From Centroscyllium fabricii (Eukaryota): 64,000 nucleotides of DNA. The notes beneath the pieces were generated by a model that was not told the DNA's origin, searched no databases, and saw only the letters and a program-made list of their open reading frames with translations. This document shows, one piece after another, positions 1 through 12,594 of the stretch (the stretch's first letter is position 1; the number at the start of each line of letters is the position of its first letter). The stretch spans positions 195,052,001 through 195,116,000 of the forward strand of contig JBNRSN020000003.1 of assembly GCA_051313645.2 (NCBI GenBank), written 5' to 3'. The translations under genes and the position numbers were made by a program.

Positions 1-3000
1 CGTTGGCTGATTATTCCAGCCTGCCACTTGTCCTGCCGGAAGTCTCTCACGAGTACCTCCTGGACTACGTCAAAGTCCCTGGATTTCCTGTCTGCAGTCT
101 TTCGGAACATTTTTCCCTCGACATCTCGTCGGATGTTCGGCTGCAATAGGTCTAACTGGTTCCATAGTCTCTTGTTGAAGAACAACACTGACGGGGCCTG
201 ATTAGTGGTTGCATGTGATACATTTCTATAGGCAAAGAGGAAGTTGTCAATTCTATGTTGCAAATCTAACTTTCCTCCCTCCTTGGCTTTGATGGCCTTT
301 TTGGAAGGTTTGCACAAACCTGCCAACCATTCGTGGCCGGGTGGTATGGTGCCGACTTGTAATGTCGGATACCGTTTTGTTTGAGGAACGCACTGAACTC
401 CTCCAACACGAACTGGGGACCATTGTCGGGCAAAAATGGCTCGGAGTACTGAGATTGTCTTCTCAGCTGTATCACCTCTTGCCATTTTGAATGGGCGTCA
501 ACGAAAATGAGGAACATTGCGTCCATAAAGGGTGCGGCAAAATCAATATGGATTCATTGCCATGGTGATGGTGGCCACTCCCAAGGGTGCAAGGGAGCCT
601 GGGGCGGTGAGTTTTGGACCATTTTGCACCCTGTGCATTCGCTGGCCAACTGCTCAATCTCTTTATCAATCTTGGGCCACCATACGTATGCCCGAGCCAG
701 TGATTTCATTTTAACCCCGCCCAGATGCCCCTCATGGAGGTCTGCAAGAATTTGTTTACGTAGTTTCATGGGGATTACTACTTGACCCCCACATATCAAC
801 GTGCCCCGACAGACCGACAACTGGTCCTTTCTATTGGCGTACTCCGGCTGTTTAAGGTCATCTCTTGACCATACTTTGACTACTACGTTGAAAATGTTTG
901 CCAAGCAGGGATCATTTCTGGTTTCCCTCTCAAATTGCTGGCTAGTGACTGGTAGTTGCTCAACCACTGCTGTGGTGTATAGTTCCAGGGGATCCTGTTG
1001 TCCCCCCTCCCCTGTTTCTGGTGAGGGTAAGCGAGACAGTCCATCCGCATTACCATGCCTCTTGGTCCCTTTGTGTTCTATGGTGTACTTGTGTGCACCC
1101 AAGAACAGTGCCCATCTTTGCAACCTTTGTGCTGTCATCTGGGGTACCCCTTTTTCTGGGTGGAAGATAGAAACCAATGGTTGATGGTCTGTGAGGAGTG
1201 TGAATTCTTGACCGTGTAGGTAATGGTGAAACCTTTTCACCCCCCACACCAGGCTAAGTGCTTCACGGTCTATTTGGGCATAGTTTTTCTCCGCCGCAGT
1301 GAGGGACTTGGAGGATAAAGCTATTGGTCTTTCCGACCCGTCTGGGCATTTATGGGACAGAACAGCGCCAATACTGTAAGGGGAAGCGTCACAAGCCAAC
1401 TTAATGGGCAGGCTGGGGTCAAAATGCATTAGCACCTCCTTAGAGGTGATCATCCGTTTGCTTCTTAAGAAAGCAGTCTCGCAGGCTTTCTCCCACTTCC
1501 AGGGCGTTCCCGCCTGTAGTAGTGTGTTTAAAGGGTACAAGACCGTAGATAGGTTAGGTAAGAACCTGTGGTAATAGTCGATGAGCCCTAAAAATGACCT
1601 TAGTTGGTTGACATTTTGTGGTCTTGCGGCATTCACTACCGCTGCTATCTTGTCGGATGATTAGTGCAACCCTTCGCTATCAATTTCGTGGCCACAGTAC
1701 GAAATGTGATCTTTCAAAAATTCACATTTTTGTTTATTGGCCCTTAGCCCACACTCCTTGAGTCTTTCTAAGGCCAAATTTCATAAGTGTTCCCCATTGT
1801 TTTACCCATCACCAAAATGTCATCCAGGTAGCATTGTGTCCCTGGGATGCCCTGCAGTACCTGGTCCATGGCCCTCTGCCATATGGCTGGCGCCGATGCA
1901 ATGCCAAAAACCATTCGGTTGTATTGGTACAGCCCTTTATATGTAATGATAGTCAGGAGTTTCCTGGAATCCTGCTCCACCTCCATCTGTAGGTACGCTT
2001 GTGAGAGATCTATCTTGCTGAACCATTTCCCACCTGCTAAGGAAGCAAAGATATCCTCAATTCTGGGCAATGGGTACTGCACAATTTTCAAAACCGGGTT
2101 AATGGTCATTTTAAAGTCCCCGCAAATGCGCACTTTAGTCTTTTCCCCATCTTTATTTTGTGTATTTTCTATGATGGGAATGGGTGTGGCCCATTCGCTC
2201 CATTCCACCTTGGACAGAACTCCTTCTGCTTCCAAATTCTCAAGTTCTGCCTCCACTGCTGGTCTGATGGCATAGGGTTCTGGACGTGACTTAGTGAAAA
2301 TCAGGGTTGCCCCTTGTGTGAGCATTACCTTGGCATTAAAGTTTTTCAACTTTCCCAGGCCGGATTGGAAAACCTCTTTTTTTTTCCAATATTCGTTCTA
2401 ATCTTTTGATGACCGATGGGTCCTCGTTTGTCTTATCTGAGGTGTCGACATGATGTATTGTGCCCCAGTCGAGGTTGATCCTCCAGATCCATTCCCTCCC
2501 TAGGAGTGGTACTCCACCATCATTTAAAACATAAAGTCTGATTACCTTGATATCTGACTGTGAGGGGCAACCTCCTCAAAGTCCTGAATTTTTGTCCCGT
2601 GTAGGTTTTTAGTATCACGGGGGACTGTTCTAGGGGTAACCCTCTGAATGTTCTTTTATAAAATTGTTCATTTATGACTGATATAGCCGATCCTGTGTCT
2701 AGCTCCATGGATATCTCTACCCCCACCACCTTTAGGGCAATCGATATTACTTCCCGGTCAGTGTGAGTACCCATGTTGTGGACCTTTAAGTTTCCCAGCC
2801 CCCAGTGATCTCTGCCCTGGTCGTCTGATTCGCTTCCCGAACCATCTTCCGTTACTTTATGGACTTTTCTGGGGTTGCTCTGTTTTTGTGGTTGTCTTTG
2901 TGAGCCCTTGGTTTGTTTCCCTGATCTACAAACCGCCACTATGTGGCCTATCTTGCCACACTGTCTACAGTCTTTATCTTTGGCCCAACACCTGTTTTGG

Positions 3001-3640
3001 TCATGTGTGGTCATGTGTAGCCCTTTTTCGTGCGTGTCGTGATTTCGTGGGTTTCGAGGTACCCCCCACTGTTTCTAATCTGTGCTGTGCCTGCTGCAGC
3101 TGCCTCATGGGCGGCGGCCGCTTCTAAAGCTTGCTCCAACGTGAGCGTCTTTTTGGCCAGTAATTTATTCTGAGTGGTATCGTCAAATATGCCATAGACA
3201 AATCTGTCTCTTAAATAATTAGCCAGTTTCTCCCCAAACTCTCAGTGCTTCAACAAGCATCTGAGTTCTGTCATATACTCAGACTGTGACTCCCCTTTTT
3301 GCTGTTCTCTTATAAAAAAATTATAGTGTTCTGCTATGAAAGTGGGTCTGGGATTCAGATTTTCCTTTAGAATATCTATTACTTGTTGAAGTGTTTTGTT
3401 CGCTGGTCTGTCCAGGGACACTAGTGTATGTAGCAACCCGTATGTTTCGGGTGCTAAGGTGTTTAATAAAACATTTAATTTGTTTTCATCCGCTACTGCC
3501 TGTACATTGCAGTAGATATCAAAGCATTCCAGGTATGCTTCCCAGTCCTCTTTCTCTGACTGGAAAGCCCCAAAACCATTCTGTATAGCCCTATTCTGTC
3601 TGGCTCTATTTGCATCTGGCTGTGCTTGCCCCTGGTTATC
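1..3640 (-). pseudogene. Frameshifted gag-pol of the Mag-like element
   Basis: ORF fragments 3242-3643, 2520-3014, 1768-2349, 554-1636 and 266-526 are consecutive Gag/PR/RT/RH/IN pieces broken by stops and frameshifts. Confidence 0.9.
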
Positions 3641-3660
3641 CATATTTACTGTCTGTTATT

Positions 3661-3990
3661 GCGGCCAAGATGGCGTCTTTTCCCGCCTCCCCGCGTCTCT
3701 TCTGGCATTTTCCCAACTAAAGATGCCGTTTGTCCCGCCTTCTTGCTTCTTTTCCGGTTTCTTCCCACGCTAAGATGGCGTCTTTTCCCGCCCTTGCACA
3801 TCTTTTCCAGTGTCTTCCCGCCCTTGCGGATTTCTTCCCGTGCTAACATGGTGACTTTTCCCGCCCTTGCGTGTCTTTTTCCGGCGTCTTCCCACCCTTG
3901 CGCGTCTCTTCCAGCATCTTCCCGCCCTTGCGCATCTCTTCCGGCGTCTTCCTGCCCAAAAATGGCATCTCCCTGCCTCTGCGCGTCTCT
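3661..3990. repeat. Degenerate ~20-bp tandem repeats in the Gypsy 5' leader
   Basis: Recurrent (T)TCCCGCCCTTGCG and AAGATGGCGTCTTTTCCCGCC units. Confidence 0.6.
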
Positions 3991-4486
3991 CCCCCGCTAG
4001 GCCTTTGATTCCCCCCGCGGTCTCAGTAACGAATGCGCTCTACCTGTTAGCTGTTGTTTTCTTCTGGTCGGAGAATCACCCCTGATCCTCAACAACCACT
4101 TCTGGTGACTGGCTTGTTGCCCTGGATCTTCTTGTTCGACCCTGCTGTGCGACTTTGTCTGCTGTTGTCCTGGCCCCACCTCGAGTCGATGTCCACTGTC
4201 CGACTGCTTCTGCTGGGCTGGGTCCTGCTCCGTAGCCTTCCTGCCGCTGTTGAGCTGGGCACTCGATTGCTGCTGGCTCCTGCTGCCGATTCCTGTTGGC
4301 TGGAGTGAAGATACCTCGCCACTCCTGTTGTTGGAGTGCAGGCTGACTGAGTTCCTTCTGTTGGAGAATTGCTGCCTCTCCCTGTCCTGGAGTGCAGGGT
4401 GTGCCTTGGTGGTCGATGAATTCGTTCAAAAAACAACTTTCATCATTTTTCAATGTAACCGATTACACAGCTATGGCTTCGACTGA

Positions 4487-4497
4487 CCTCGTCGCCA
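4487..4497 (-). promoter_or_regulatory. Primer-binding site, tRNA-Ser(GCU) type
   Basis: Minus strand TGGCGACGAGG next to the LTR end, complementary to a tRNA 3' end ...CCUCGUCGCCA. Confidence 0.8.
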
Positions 4498-5400
4498 TTA
4501 TTAAGTCTGCGTTATCAAGGATTAATAATGACAGACTCGACGTTTAAAGGTACAACTCAAGGTGATGTTTACTAGGCATAGTAAAGTCTGGAACTAATTT
4601 GTAGCACTCCTCGCGCTTACATATATACAGTAGTGGTGAACCGCAGTACTGCAGTGTACTGACGCCACACAAAGTAGTGCCCAATGGTAATCAAGCATTT
4701 TGCAATGTACATACACCACAATGCTTGAACTGTATAACACACTGGTTAGGCCACAGCTAGAGTACTGTGCACATTTGTGGTCACCACATTACAGGAAAGA
4801 TTCTACTTCTTAGGCAGACTCTCAGAACTGAGGATGACTTGCTTCCACATTAAAAATGAGTTTGCAGGTGACTGATGAGTCCAATGCAGGACCTACAGCC
4901 TCTGTCATAGGTGGGGCAGACGGTGGTTGAAGGGGTGGGTGGGTGGGGTGTTTGGGTTGATGTACGCTCCTTCTGCTGTTTGTGCTTGGCTTCCACTTGC
5001 TCCCGGTGAAAAGATTTGAGGTGTTCGTGCCTTCTCAGATGCTTCTCCTTCACTTTGTGTGGTCTTGGGCCATGGATTTCCAGGTATCGGTGGGGGTGCT
5101 ACACTTTTTCAAGGAGGCTTTGAAGATATCCTTGAAGCATTTCCTCTGCCCACCTGAGGCTCTCTTGCTGCATCGGAGCTTCGAGTAGAGCGCTTGTTTT
5201 GGGAGTCTCGTATCGGGCATGTGGACGATGTGACCCGTCCATTGGAACTGATCGAGCGTGGTCAAAGCTTCGATGCTGGGGATGTTGGCCTGAGCAAGAA
5301 CACTGACATTGCTGTACCTATCCTGCCAATGGATTTGCAGAATCTTGCGGAAGTAGCGTTGATGGTACCCCTCCAGTGCTTTGAGGTGCCTGCTGTACAT

Positions 5401-7708
5401 GGGTTCCTTGAACAGTACGTAACTGAGCTGACCAGGGGGCAAGCAATCTTAGATCTGGTCCTGTGTAATGAGACAGGATTAATAAAAAATGTCCCAGTAA
5501 AGGATCCCCTTGGAATGAGTGACTATAATGTGGTCGAATTCCAAATTCAATTAGAGGGTGAGAGGGTTGGATCTCAAACAAGTGTACTGAGCTTAAATAA
5601 AGGAGACTATGATGGTATGAGAGCGGAATTGATTAAGGTGGACTGGGAAAACAGATTAAAGGGTAAGACGGTACATGATCAGTGGTGTGTATTCAAGGAG
5701 TTATTTTACAACTTTCAAGACAAATATATTACACTGAAGAAAAAAGGGTGTAAAAGAAAAAACAACTATCCGTGGCTAAGTAAAGTAATAAAGGAGAGTA
5801 TTCGACTAAAAATAAGGTTATATATGGTAGCCAAATTTAGTGGGAAGATAGAAGATTGGGAAGCTTTTAAAAGTCAGCAAAAAATAACAAAAAGATTGAT
5901 TGAGAAGGGGAAGATAAATTATGAAAGTAAATTAGCTAAAAATATAAAAACAGATAGCAAGAGTTTCTATAGTTATATAAAAAGAAAAAGGGTGGCTAAA
6001 GTAAATGTTGGTCCCTTAGAGGATGAGGCTGGGAAATTAATCGTAGGGGACATGGAGATGGCAAAAACGCTGAACAAATATTTTGTATCAGTCTTTACAG
6101 TAGAGGATACTAAAAATATCCCAACACTGGATAAACAGGGGTCTCGAGGGGTGGAGGAGCTAATTACAATTAAAGTCACTAAGGAAGTGGTACTTGGTAA
6201 AATAATGGGATTTAAGGCAGATAAATCCCCAGGACCTGATGGCTTACATCCTAAGGTCTTGAGGGAAGTGGCAGTAGGGATTGTTGATGCATTGGTAATT
6301 ATTTTTCAAAACTCTTTGGACTCGGCAAAGGTCCCGACAGATTGGAAAAGTGCTAATGTAACGCCTTTATTTAAAAAGGGTAGTAGACAGAAGGCTGGAA
6401 ATTATAGACCAGTTAGCCTAACATCTGTGGTTGGCAAAATGTTAGAATCCATTATTAAGGAAACAGTAACAGGGCATTTGGATAAACACAATTTAATAGG
6501 ACAAAGTCAGCATGGTTTTACAAAGGGGAAGTCATGTTTGACAAATTTGCTAGAGTTCTTTGAGGACATAACATACAGGGTGGAATAAAGGGGAACCCAT
6601 GGATATAGTGTATTTAGACTTCCAAAAGGCATTTGACAAGGTGCCACACAAAAGATTATTACTCAAGATAAAAAATCACGGGATTGGGGGTAATATTCTG
6701 GCATGGGTGGAGGATTGGCTTTCTAACAGAAAACAGAGAGTTGGGATAAATGGTTCGTTCTCAGACTGGCAGTCAGTGACTAGTGGTGCTCCGCAAGGGT
6801 CGGTGCTGGGACCCCAACCCTTTACAATCTATATTAATGATTTGGAGGAAGGGACCAAGTGCAACATATCAAAGTTTGCGGATGACACAAAGATGGGAGG
6901 GAGTGTGATGCGTGAGGAGGACATTAAAAACCTGCAAAAGGACATAGATAGGCTAAGTGAGTGGGCAGAGATTTGGCAGATGGAATATAATACTGGAAAG
7001 TGTGAAATTATGTACTTTGGCAGGAAAAATAATAGAGCGAGTTATTATCTAAATGGAAAGAAACTGCAAAGTACTTCAGTGCAAAGGGATCTGGGGGTCC
7101 TGGTGCAGGAAACACAAAAAGTTAGTATGCAGGTGCAGCAGCTGGTCAGGAAGGCCAATGGAATGTTGGCTTTTATTGCTAAAGGGATGAAGTATAAAAG
7201 CAGGGAGGTCATGCTGCAGTTGTACAGGGTATTGGTGAGACCACACCTGGAGTACTGCGTGCAGCATCCATATTTAAGAAAGGACATACTTGCTCTCAAG
7301 GCAGGTCAAAGAAGGTTCACTAGGTTAATTCTGGAGATGAGGGGGCTGACATATGACAAGAGGTTGAGTAGATTGGGCCTCTACTCATTGGAGTTCAGAA
7401 GAATGAGAGGCGATCTTATTGAAACATATAAGATTGTGAGAGGGCTTGATCGAGTGGATGCGGTGAGGATGTTCCCAATGGTGGGTGAAACTAGGACTAG
7501 GGGGCATAATCTTAAAATAAGGGGCTGCCATTTCAAAACTGAGATGAGGAGAAACTTCTTCACTCAGAGGGTGGTGGGGCTGTGGAATTTGATGCCGCAG
7601 AGAGCTGTGGAAGCTAATACATTGAATAAATTTAAAACAGAGATAGACAGTTTCCTGGAAGTAAAGGGAATTAGGGGTTACGGTGAGCGGGCAGGTAAGT
7701 GGACGTGA
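5401..7708 (+). pseudogene. CR1 ORF2 (EN-RT), 5'-truncated, +1 frameshift near 6585
   Basis: ORFs 5194-6588 and 6599-7708 join as RVDKGEPMDIV if one A is removed. Confidence 0.9.
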
Positions 7709-8002
7709 GGCTAGGTTCAGATCGTCCATGTGATCTCCTGGACCAGTTTTTGATCGCCTAGATGGGTCGGAGAGGAATTTCCCAGAATTTTTCTGCTAAA
7801 TTGGCCACTGGGTTTTTTAATCTGTTTTTTTGCCTCTCCCTGGTGATCACATGGGTTTGGGCGGGATGGAGAGTAAAAGTGAAATTGAGGTTAGGATCAG
7901 ATCAGCCATGATCTTGCTGAATGGCGGAGCAGGCTCAAGGGGCCGATTGGCCTACTCCTGCTCCTATTTCTCATTTCCTATTTCTTATGTTCTTATGTTC
8001 TT
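5401..8002 (+). mobile_element. CR1 LINE (HER1-like), 5'-truncated, inserted in the RTE
   Basis: ORF2 from the endonuclease C-terminus (ILDLVL, SDYN) through RT (YLDFQKAFDKV, PQGSVLGP, FADD), 3' UTR and (TTCTTATG)n tail; ATGG at both junctions. Confidence 0.95.
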
Positions 8003-10434
8003 ATGGTCCATTTCTCTGAGGCATACAGAAGGGCGAGTATCACTACTGTTCTGTAGATCATGAGCTTGGTGCTGGGTTTGATGTCCAAGCGAGGGACCGC
8101 AATGGCGTCCGCATCACCCGCACCATGACAGGAGCTGACGACTGCTGGACAGACCACCGCCTAATCTGCGCTGTCATCTCCATCAATGTACCTCCAAAAC
8201 AGCAGCAGCAACAGAAACAATGCCACAGGAAAATCAATGCAGGAGCACTCAAAGACTCCGCTAAGAAAGCCCTATTCAGCCTACGCCTCACAACCAACCT
8301 GATGACTCCCAGTGATGCAGAGACACAGAGTATCCACAGCACCTGGTCTGCATTCAAGGTCTCTATAATCAGCACCTGTGAAGAGACGCTTGGTCACTTA
8401 ATCAGGAAACACAAGACTGGTTCGATGAGAATGACCAGGAGATCCACAGCTAATAAACCATAAGTGCAAGGCATTCCTGATCTGGAAACTGCAACACAAC
8501 TCGAGGGCAAGAAAGCAGCTATACAGATGCCTGAAGGCCGAGGTCCAACAAAAAACTCGCAACCTAAAGAACAGATGGTGGGTGGAGAAAGCGTAGGAGA
8601 TTGAGCAGTTAGCCGACAACTACAACGTGCGTGGATTCTTTAGCGCAGTCAAGACCACCTACGGCCCAAGCACCCAAGGTCCTACCCCACTGCGGACCAA
8701 GAACAAAGAGGTAGTCATCAAGGACAGGGGGGCAGTCAGTGACTGCTGGAAGGAGCAATAAAGATCTCCTTAACCGAGATTCTGTCTTTGACTCTGGTCT
8801 ACAGAGCAGTAGTGATACCCACAGCATGCTACCCGCTGCCAGCCCAGCATGAGGTTGAAAAGGCCATCCGACAACTGAAGAACAACAAGGCCTCAGGAGC
8901 AGATGGAATCCCTGCTGAGGCACTAAAGCATGGCGGAGAAGCACTACTGGCACGAATTCCTGAACTCATTTCTCTTATCTGCAAGGAGTAGAGCATGCCA
9001 GGGGATCTCAGAGATGCCGTAATTGTGACCATCTTGAAGAAAGGTGACAAGTCCGATTGCGGTAATTACCGAGGAATTTCCCTGCTGTCTGCTACAGGGA
9101 AAGTCATCGCAAGAATCCTCCTCAATTGCCTTCTCCCAGTGGCTGAAGAGCTCCTCCCAGAGTCGCAATGCGGATTCCGCCCACTAAGGGGCACAATGGA
9201 CATGATCTTCACCGCACGTCAATTACAAGAGAAATGCAGGGAGCAGCACCAACCGCTGTACATTTCCTTCTTTGACCTCACAAAGGTTCTCAATGCTGTC
9301 AACCATGAGGGAATATGGAGTGTCCTCCTCAAATTCGGCTGCCCTCAAAGATTTGTCACCATCGTCCGCCTGCTTCATGACTTTATGCAAGCCATGATCC
9401 TGACCAATGGTTCCATCACAGACCCAATTCACGTACAGACTGGGGTCAAGCAATGCTATCTCATCGCACCAACGCTCTTCTCGATCTTCCTTGCTGCAAT
9501 GCTCCATCTCACCTCAGTAAGCTCCCCGCTGGAGTGGAGCTAATTTACAGAACAAACGGGAAACAGTTCAACCTCCGTCACCTCCAGTCCAAATCCAAGG
9601 TCGTTGAATTACAGTATGCAGACAACGCTTGCATCTGCTCACACTTGGAGGTCGAACTCCAAACCATTGTCAATACCTTCACTGAAGCATATGAGCACAT
9701 GGGCCTTACATTAAACATCCATTAGACAAAGGTCCTCTACCAACCTACCCCTGCCACACAGTACTGCCCCCCGATTTTCAAAATCCATGACGAGGCCTTG
9801 GACAACATGAACCACTTTCCATATCTTGGAAGCCTACTGTCAACAAGGGCAGATGTTGATGATGAAGTCCAACACCGCCTTCAGTGTGCCAGTACCGCCT
9901 TTGGTTGCCTGAGGAAGAGAGTGAAGACAGGGAAGATGTGATTGCACTAAAGAGGGTACAGAGGAGATTTACAAGGACTGGAGAAATTTAGCTATAAGGA
10001 AAGATTGAATAGACTGAGGTTGTTTTCTTTGGAACTGAGGAGGCTGAGGGGAGACTTAATTGAAGTGCATAAAATTATGAGGGGCCTAGATAGATTGGAT
10101 GGGAAGGACCTATTTCCCTTAGCAGAGAGATCAATAACAAGGGGCATAGATTTAAAGTAATTGATAGAAGGATTAGAGGGAAGTTGAGGAGAACTTTTTT
10201 CATCCAGAGGGTGGTGGGGGTCCGGAACTCACTGCCTTGATGGGTGGTAGAGGCAGAAACACTCATCGCATTCAAAAAGTACTTGGATATACACTTGAAG
10301 TGCTATAACCTACAAGGCTACGGACCAAGAGCTGGAAAGTGGGATTAGTCTGGATTGCTCTTTTTCAGCTGGCACAGACTCGATGGCATGAATGGCCTCC
10401 TTCTGTGCTGTAAATTTCTATGATTCTATGATTC

Positions 10435-10497
10435 ATGGGCAATTAGGGATGAACAATAAATGCTGGCCTTGCCCACATCCCAGGAATGAAAAAAAAG
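10435..10497 (+). mobile_element. Short LINE/SINE 3' tail
   Basis: GGCAATTAGGGATG..CAATAAATGCTGGCCTTGC..CCACATCCC plus A-run; same tail as at 18706-18780(-) and 39097-39170(-). Confidence 0.7.
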
Positions 10498-11715
10498 TGG
10501 TTTAATGGTCTTAATTATAATACTGTTCATCCTCAATTTGTGTGCTGTGACCAATGCTATGAGCCATTGTTTCAGTGAATTAATTGACCACGTCATACAT
10601 TCAAATATATGTTTCCTCCTCAAACATGTTCAGTACACAAAAATTTTGTCGGATGAATGCTCCATTCATGTATCCTAGAAAATTGTCAGTAAGAAATATT
10701 ATAATGTTCTGTGCGCTATACACACAACATGCATATGTTAGAAGTGAAATTGCTTCCTTTTAATTTGAACCATAGGTTTATTGTAAGGAATGTATTCACA
10801 TCCAGTCCACAACACCTTATACTTGAGGGAATTATGAAAATGTATAAAAGTCAGCTTCTCCTTCACACCTTTTCCACCCACATATTTGAATACGCTGCAA
10901 ATCTCATCATTCAGGCTCATGTATGAAGAAAGGTGACTAATTAAGATACGGGAGGCCTGCCAGCACTATGGAACTCTAACCCAGAACATCACTGCTTTAA
11001 GTGTGGAGGATGGGGGGAAAAACAATCTGCTTTCTGAATGAAGCATGACGAATGTGCCAATAGTCTTTATCATCTCTGTGATAGATCCACTAAAAGCACG
11101 GATGCAGGTTAAAAAGCCATAAAACAAATAGCAAACCAAGCACTAGGGTTTATTTCTAATGGGGTAGAATTGAAAAGTAGAGAAGTTATGCTAAACTTGT
11201 ATCGAACCTTGGTTCGACCACACTTGGAGTATTGTGTACAATTCTGGTTGCCATATTATAAAAAGGATATAGAGACACTGGAGGGGGTGCAAAACAGATT
11301 TACAAGGATGATACCAGAAATGCGAGGTTATACCTATCAGGAAAGATGAACAGGCTGGTCTCTTTTCTCTTGAAAAGGGAATGTTGAGGGGTGACCTAAC
11401 AGAAGTCTTTAAAATTAAGAAAGGTTTTGATAAGAGTAGACATAAAAGTAAAACATGTTTTTTTCTCTCTCCCACATAGCAGCTGTCTTTCATTCTGCCA
11501 GTGCCATTTATACTTGATCTAGAACCATCTTTTGTTTCCTAACTTGTCCCATTACCATCTCCTTTTGCCTTGCACCATCTCTTAATCTCTCTTAATGTCT
11601 CTTAATCTCTCCTGCCTTCCATCCTATCACAGACCTTCCCTTTTGTTCTTTCCTCCTCTTCCCCCTTTCCCTGCCCCTACACTTGCTTAAAAACCTGTTC
11701 CATCTCCAGCTTTTT

Positions 11716-11750
11716 CCAATTCTGATGAAGAGTCATCGACCTGAAACCTT
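11716..11750 (+). ncRNA. Minimal hammerhead ribozyme core, disrupted by MITE insertion
   Basis: CTGATGA (11722-11728), GTC/GAC stem, GAAAC (11743-11747); the 3' strand of stem I resumes after 12594. Confidence 0.6.
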
Positions 11751-12594
11751 GGGGTACATTTTCCCTCGGGTGTGGGGAATTGGCGGGTTTCACGCGGGTC
11801 AGGTTTCCCACACGAATACTAAAGGGCCTGGGAGCCCGACGCAATTTTGGCTCAATTGGCCAATTGATTCCCCGCATGTGGGAACCCTTGCCAATTGACT
11901 ATTTTCAGTCTGAAAGTCGGCGGGCCCGGAATGGTGCCAGCTGCTTAAAGACCAGAGCCCCGTTTCAATGCAAAGTGCTGGAGAGCCCTTTTATTGACAG
12001 CTACTGGTCAGTTTCAATGAGAAGTGCTGCAGAGCCCTTTGATTGACAGCTGCTGGTCAGTTTCAATGAGAAGTGCTGCAGAGCCCTTTCAGTGATAGCT
12101 GCTGCAGAGCTATCTGTCAAACATGAAAAAGAGCTACAAGGTAAATTTATAAAAAGCTATGATCTCACTGATATTGTACACCCTGGAGATACAGTTAGCC
12201 CCCCTGCAGGCTGCTGCCCAGGGACGACTTCTGGTACAGCTGATTGCATGTCATCCTTTGACTTGCAGCTGATACTCAGCAAGCTGATTGTGTCCCCACC
12301 AGGTTTCACTGGCGGGGTTTCCAGCTGGCGGGTTATGGGTGGGGAATGCCTGAAAATCGCAAGGGCCCCTTAAAATGGCATTATACATGCCAATTAAGGG
12401 TGCGTAAGGAGCCTAATGACCATTCCCGCCAGTCGCGGGTGGGAGAGATTTGGGGCGGACAGACATGGCCGCGGGAAATCGGAAAGCGGTGGGGATCCGG
12501 CGGGGGTGGGGGGGAGTTGGGACCCCCCGGGTTTGTAATTTTGTGCCCTGCCCTGCCGGAAAACCTGCCTCACAGCCCGAGGAAAATTTTCCCC
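11751..12594. mobile_element. Non-autonomous Harbinger-type element (MITE)
   Basis: TIRs GGGGTACATTTTCC / GGAAAATTTTCCCC; left part homologous to the Harbinger remnant at ~56800-56940; internal ~52-bp tandem duplication near 11982-12089. Confidence 0.75.

Larger units (their letters stand above)
1..4720 (-). mobile_element. Ty3/Gypsy LTR retrotransposon (Mag/K02A2.6-like), degraded; 3' end outside window; 5' LTR about 4499-4720
   Basis: Minus-strand order: gag (DWEAYLECF, CRQCGKIGH), protease (ELDTGS), RT (CYLDDIL), RNase H (ACDAS), integrase (DNGPQF, PYHPATNG). PBS adjacent to a ~220-bp LTR. Confidence 0.93.
4802..9926 (-). mobile_element. RTE-clade LINE, 5'-truncated with inverted 5' segment (3' part minus: 4802-5400 and 8003-8086; 5' part plus: 8083-9926)
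   Basis: RTE ORF motifs (CWTDHRL, NYRGISLL, ESQCGFR, QYAD, KLMIYRTVV, GGQRK); AAG-type tail at 4802-4812; flanking ACAGGAAAGAT / ACAGGGAAGAT duplication. Confidence 0.88.
4721..10434 (+). mobile_element. CR1 LINE 3' fragment, split by an RTE insertion (pieces 4721-4801 and 9927-10434)
   Basis: MLELYNTLVRPQLEYCAHLWSPHYRK at 4721-4800 continues as DVIALKRVQRRF after 9935; ends in an (ATTCTATG)n tail. Confidence 0.85.

Noticed and set aside
5194-5400. N-terminus of the 464-aa ORF
   Set aside because: Chance read-through from antisense RTE sequence into the truncated CR1 ORF2.
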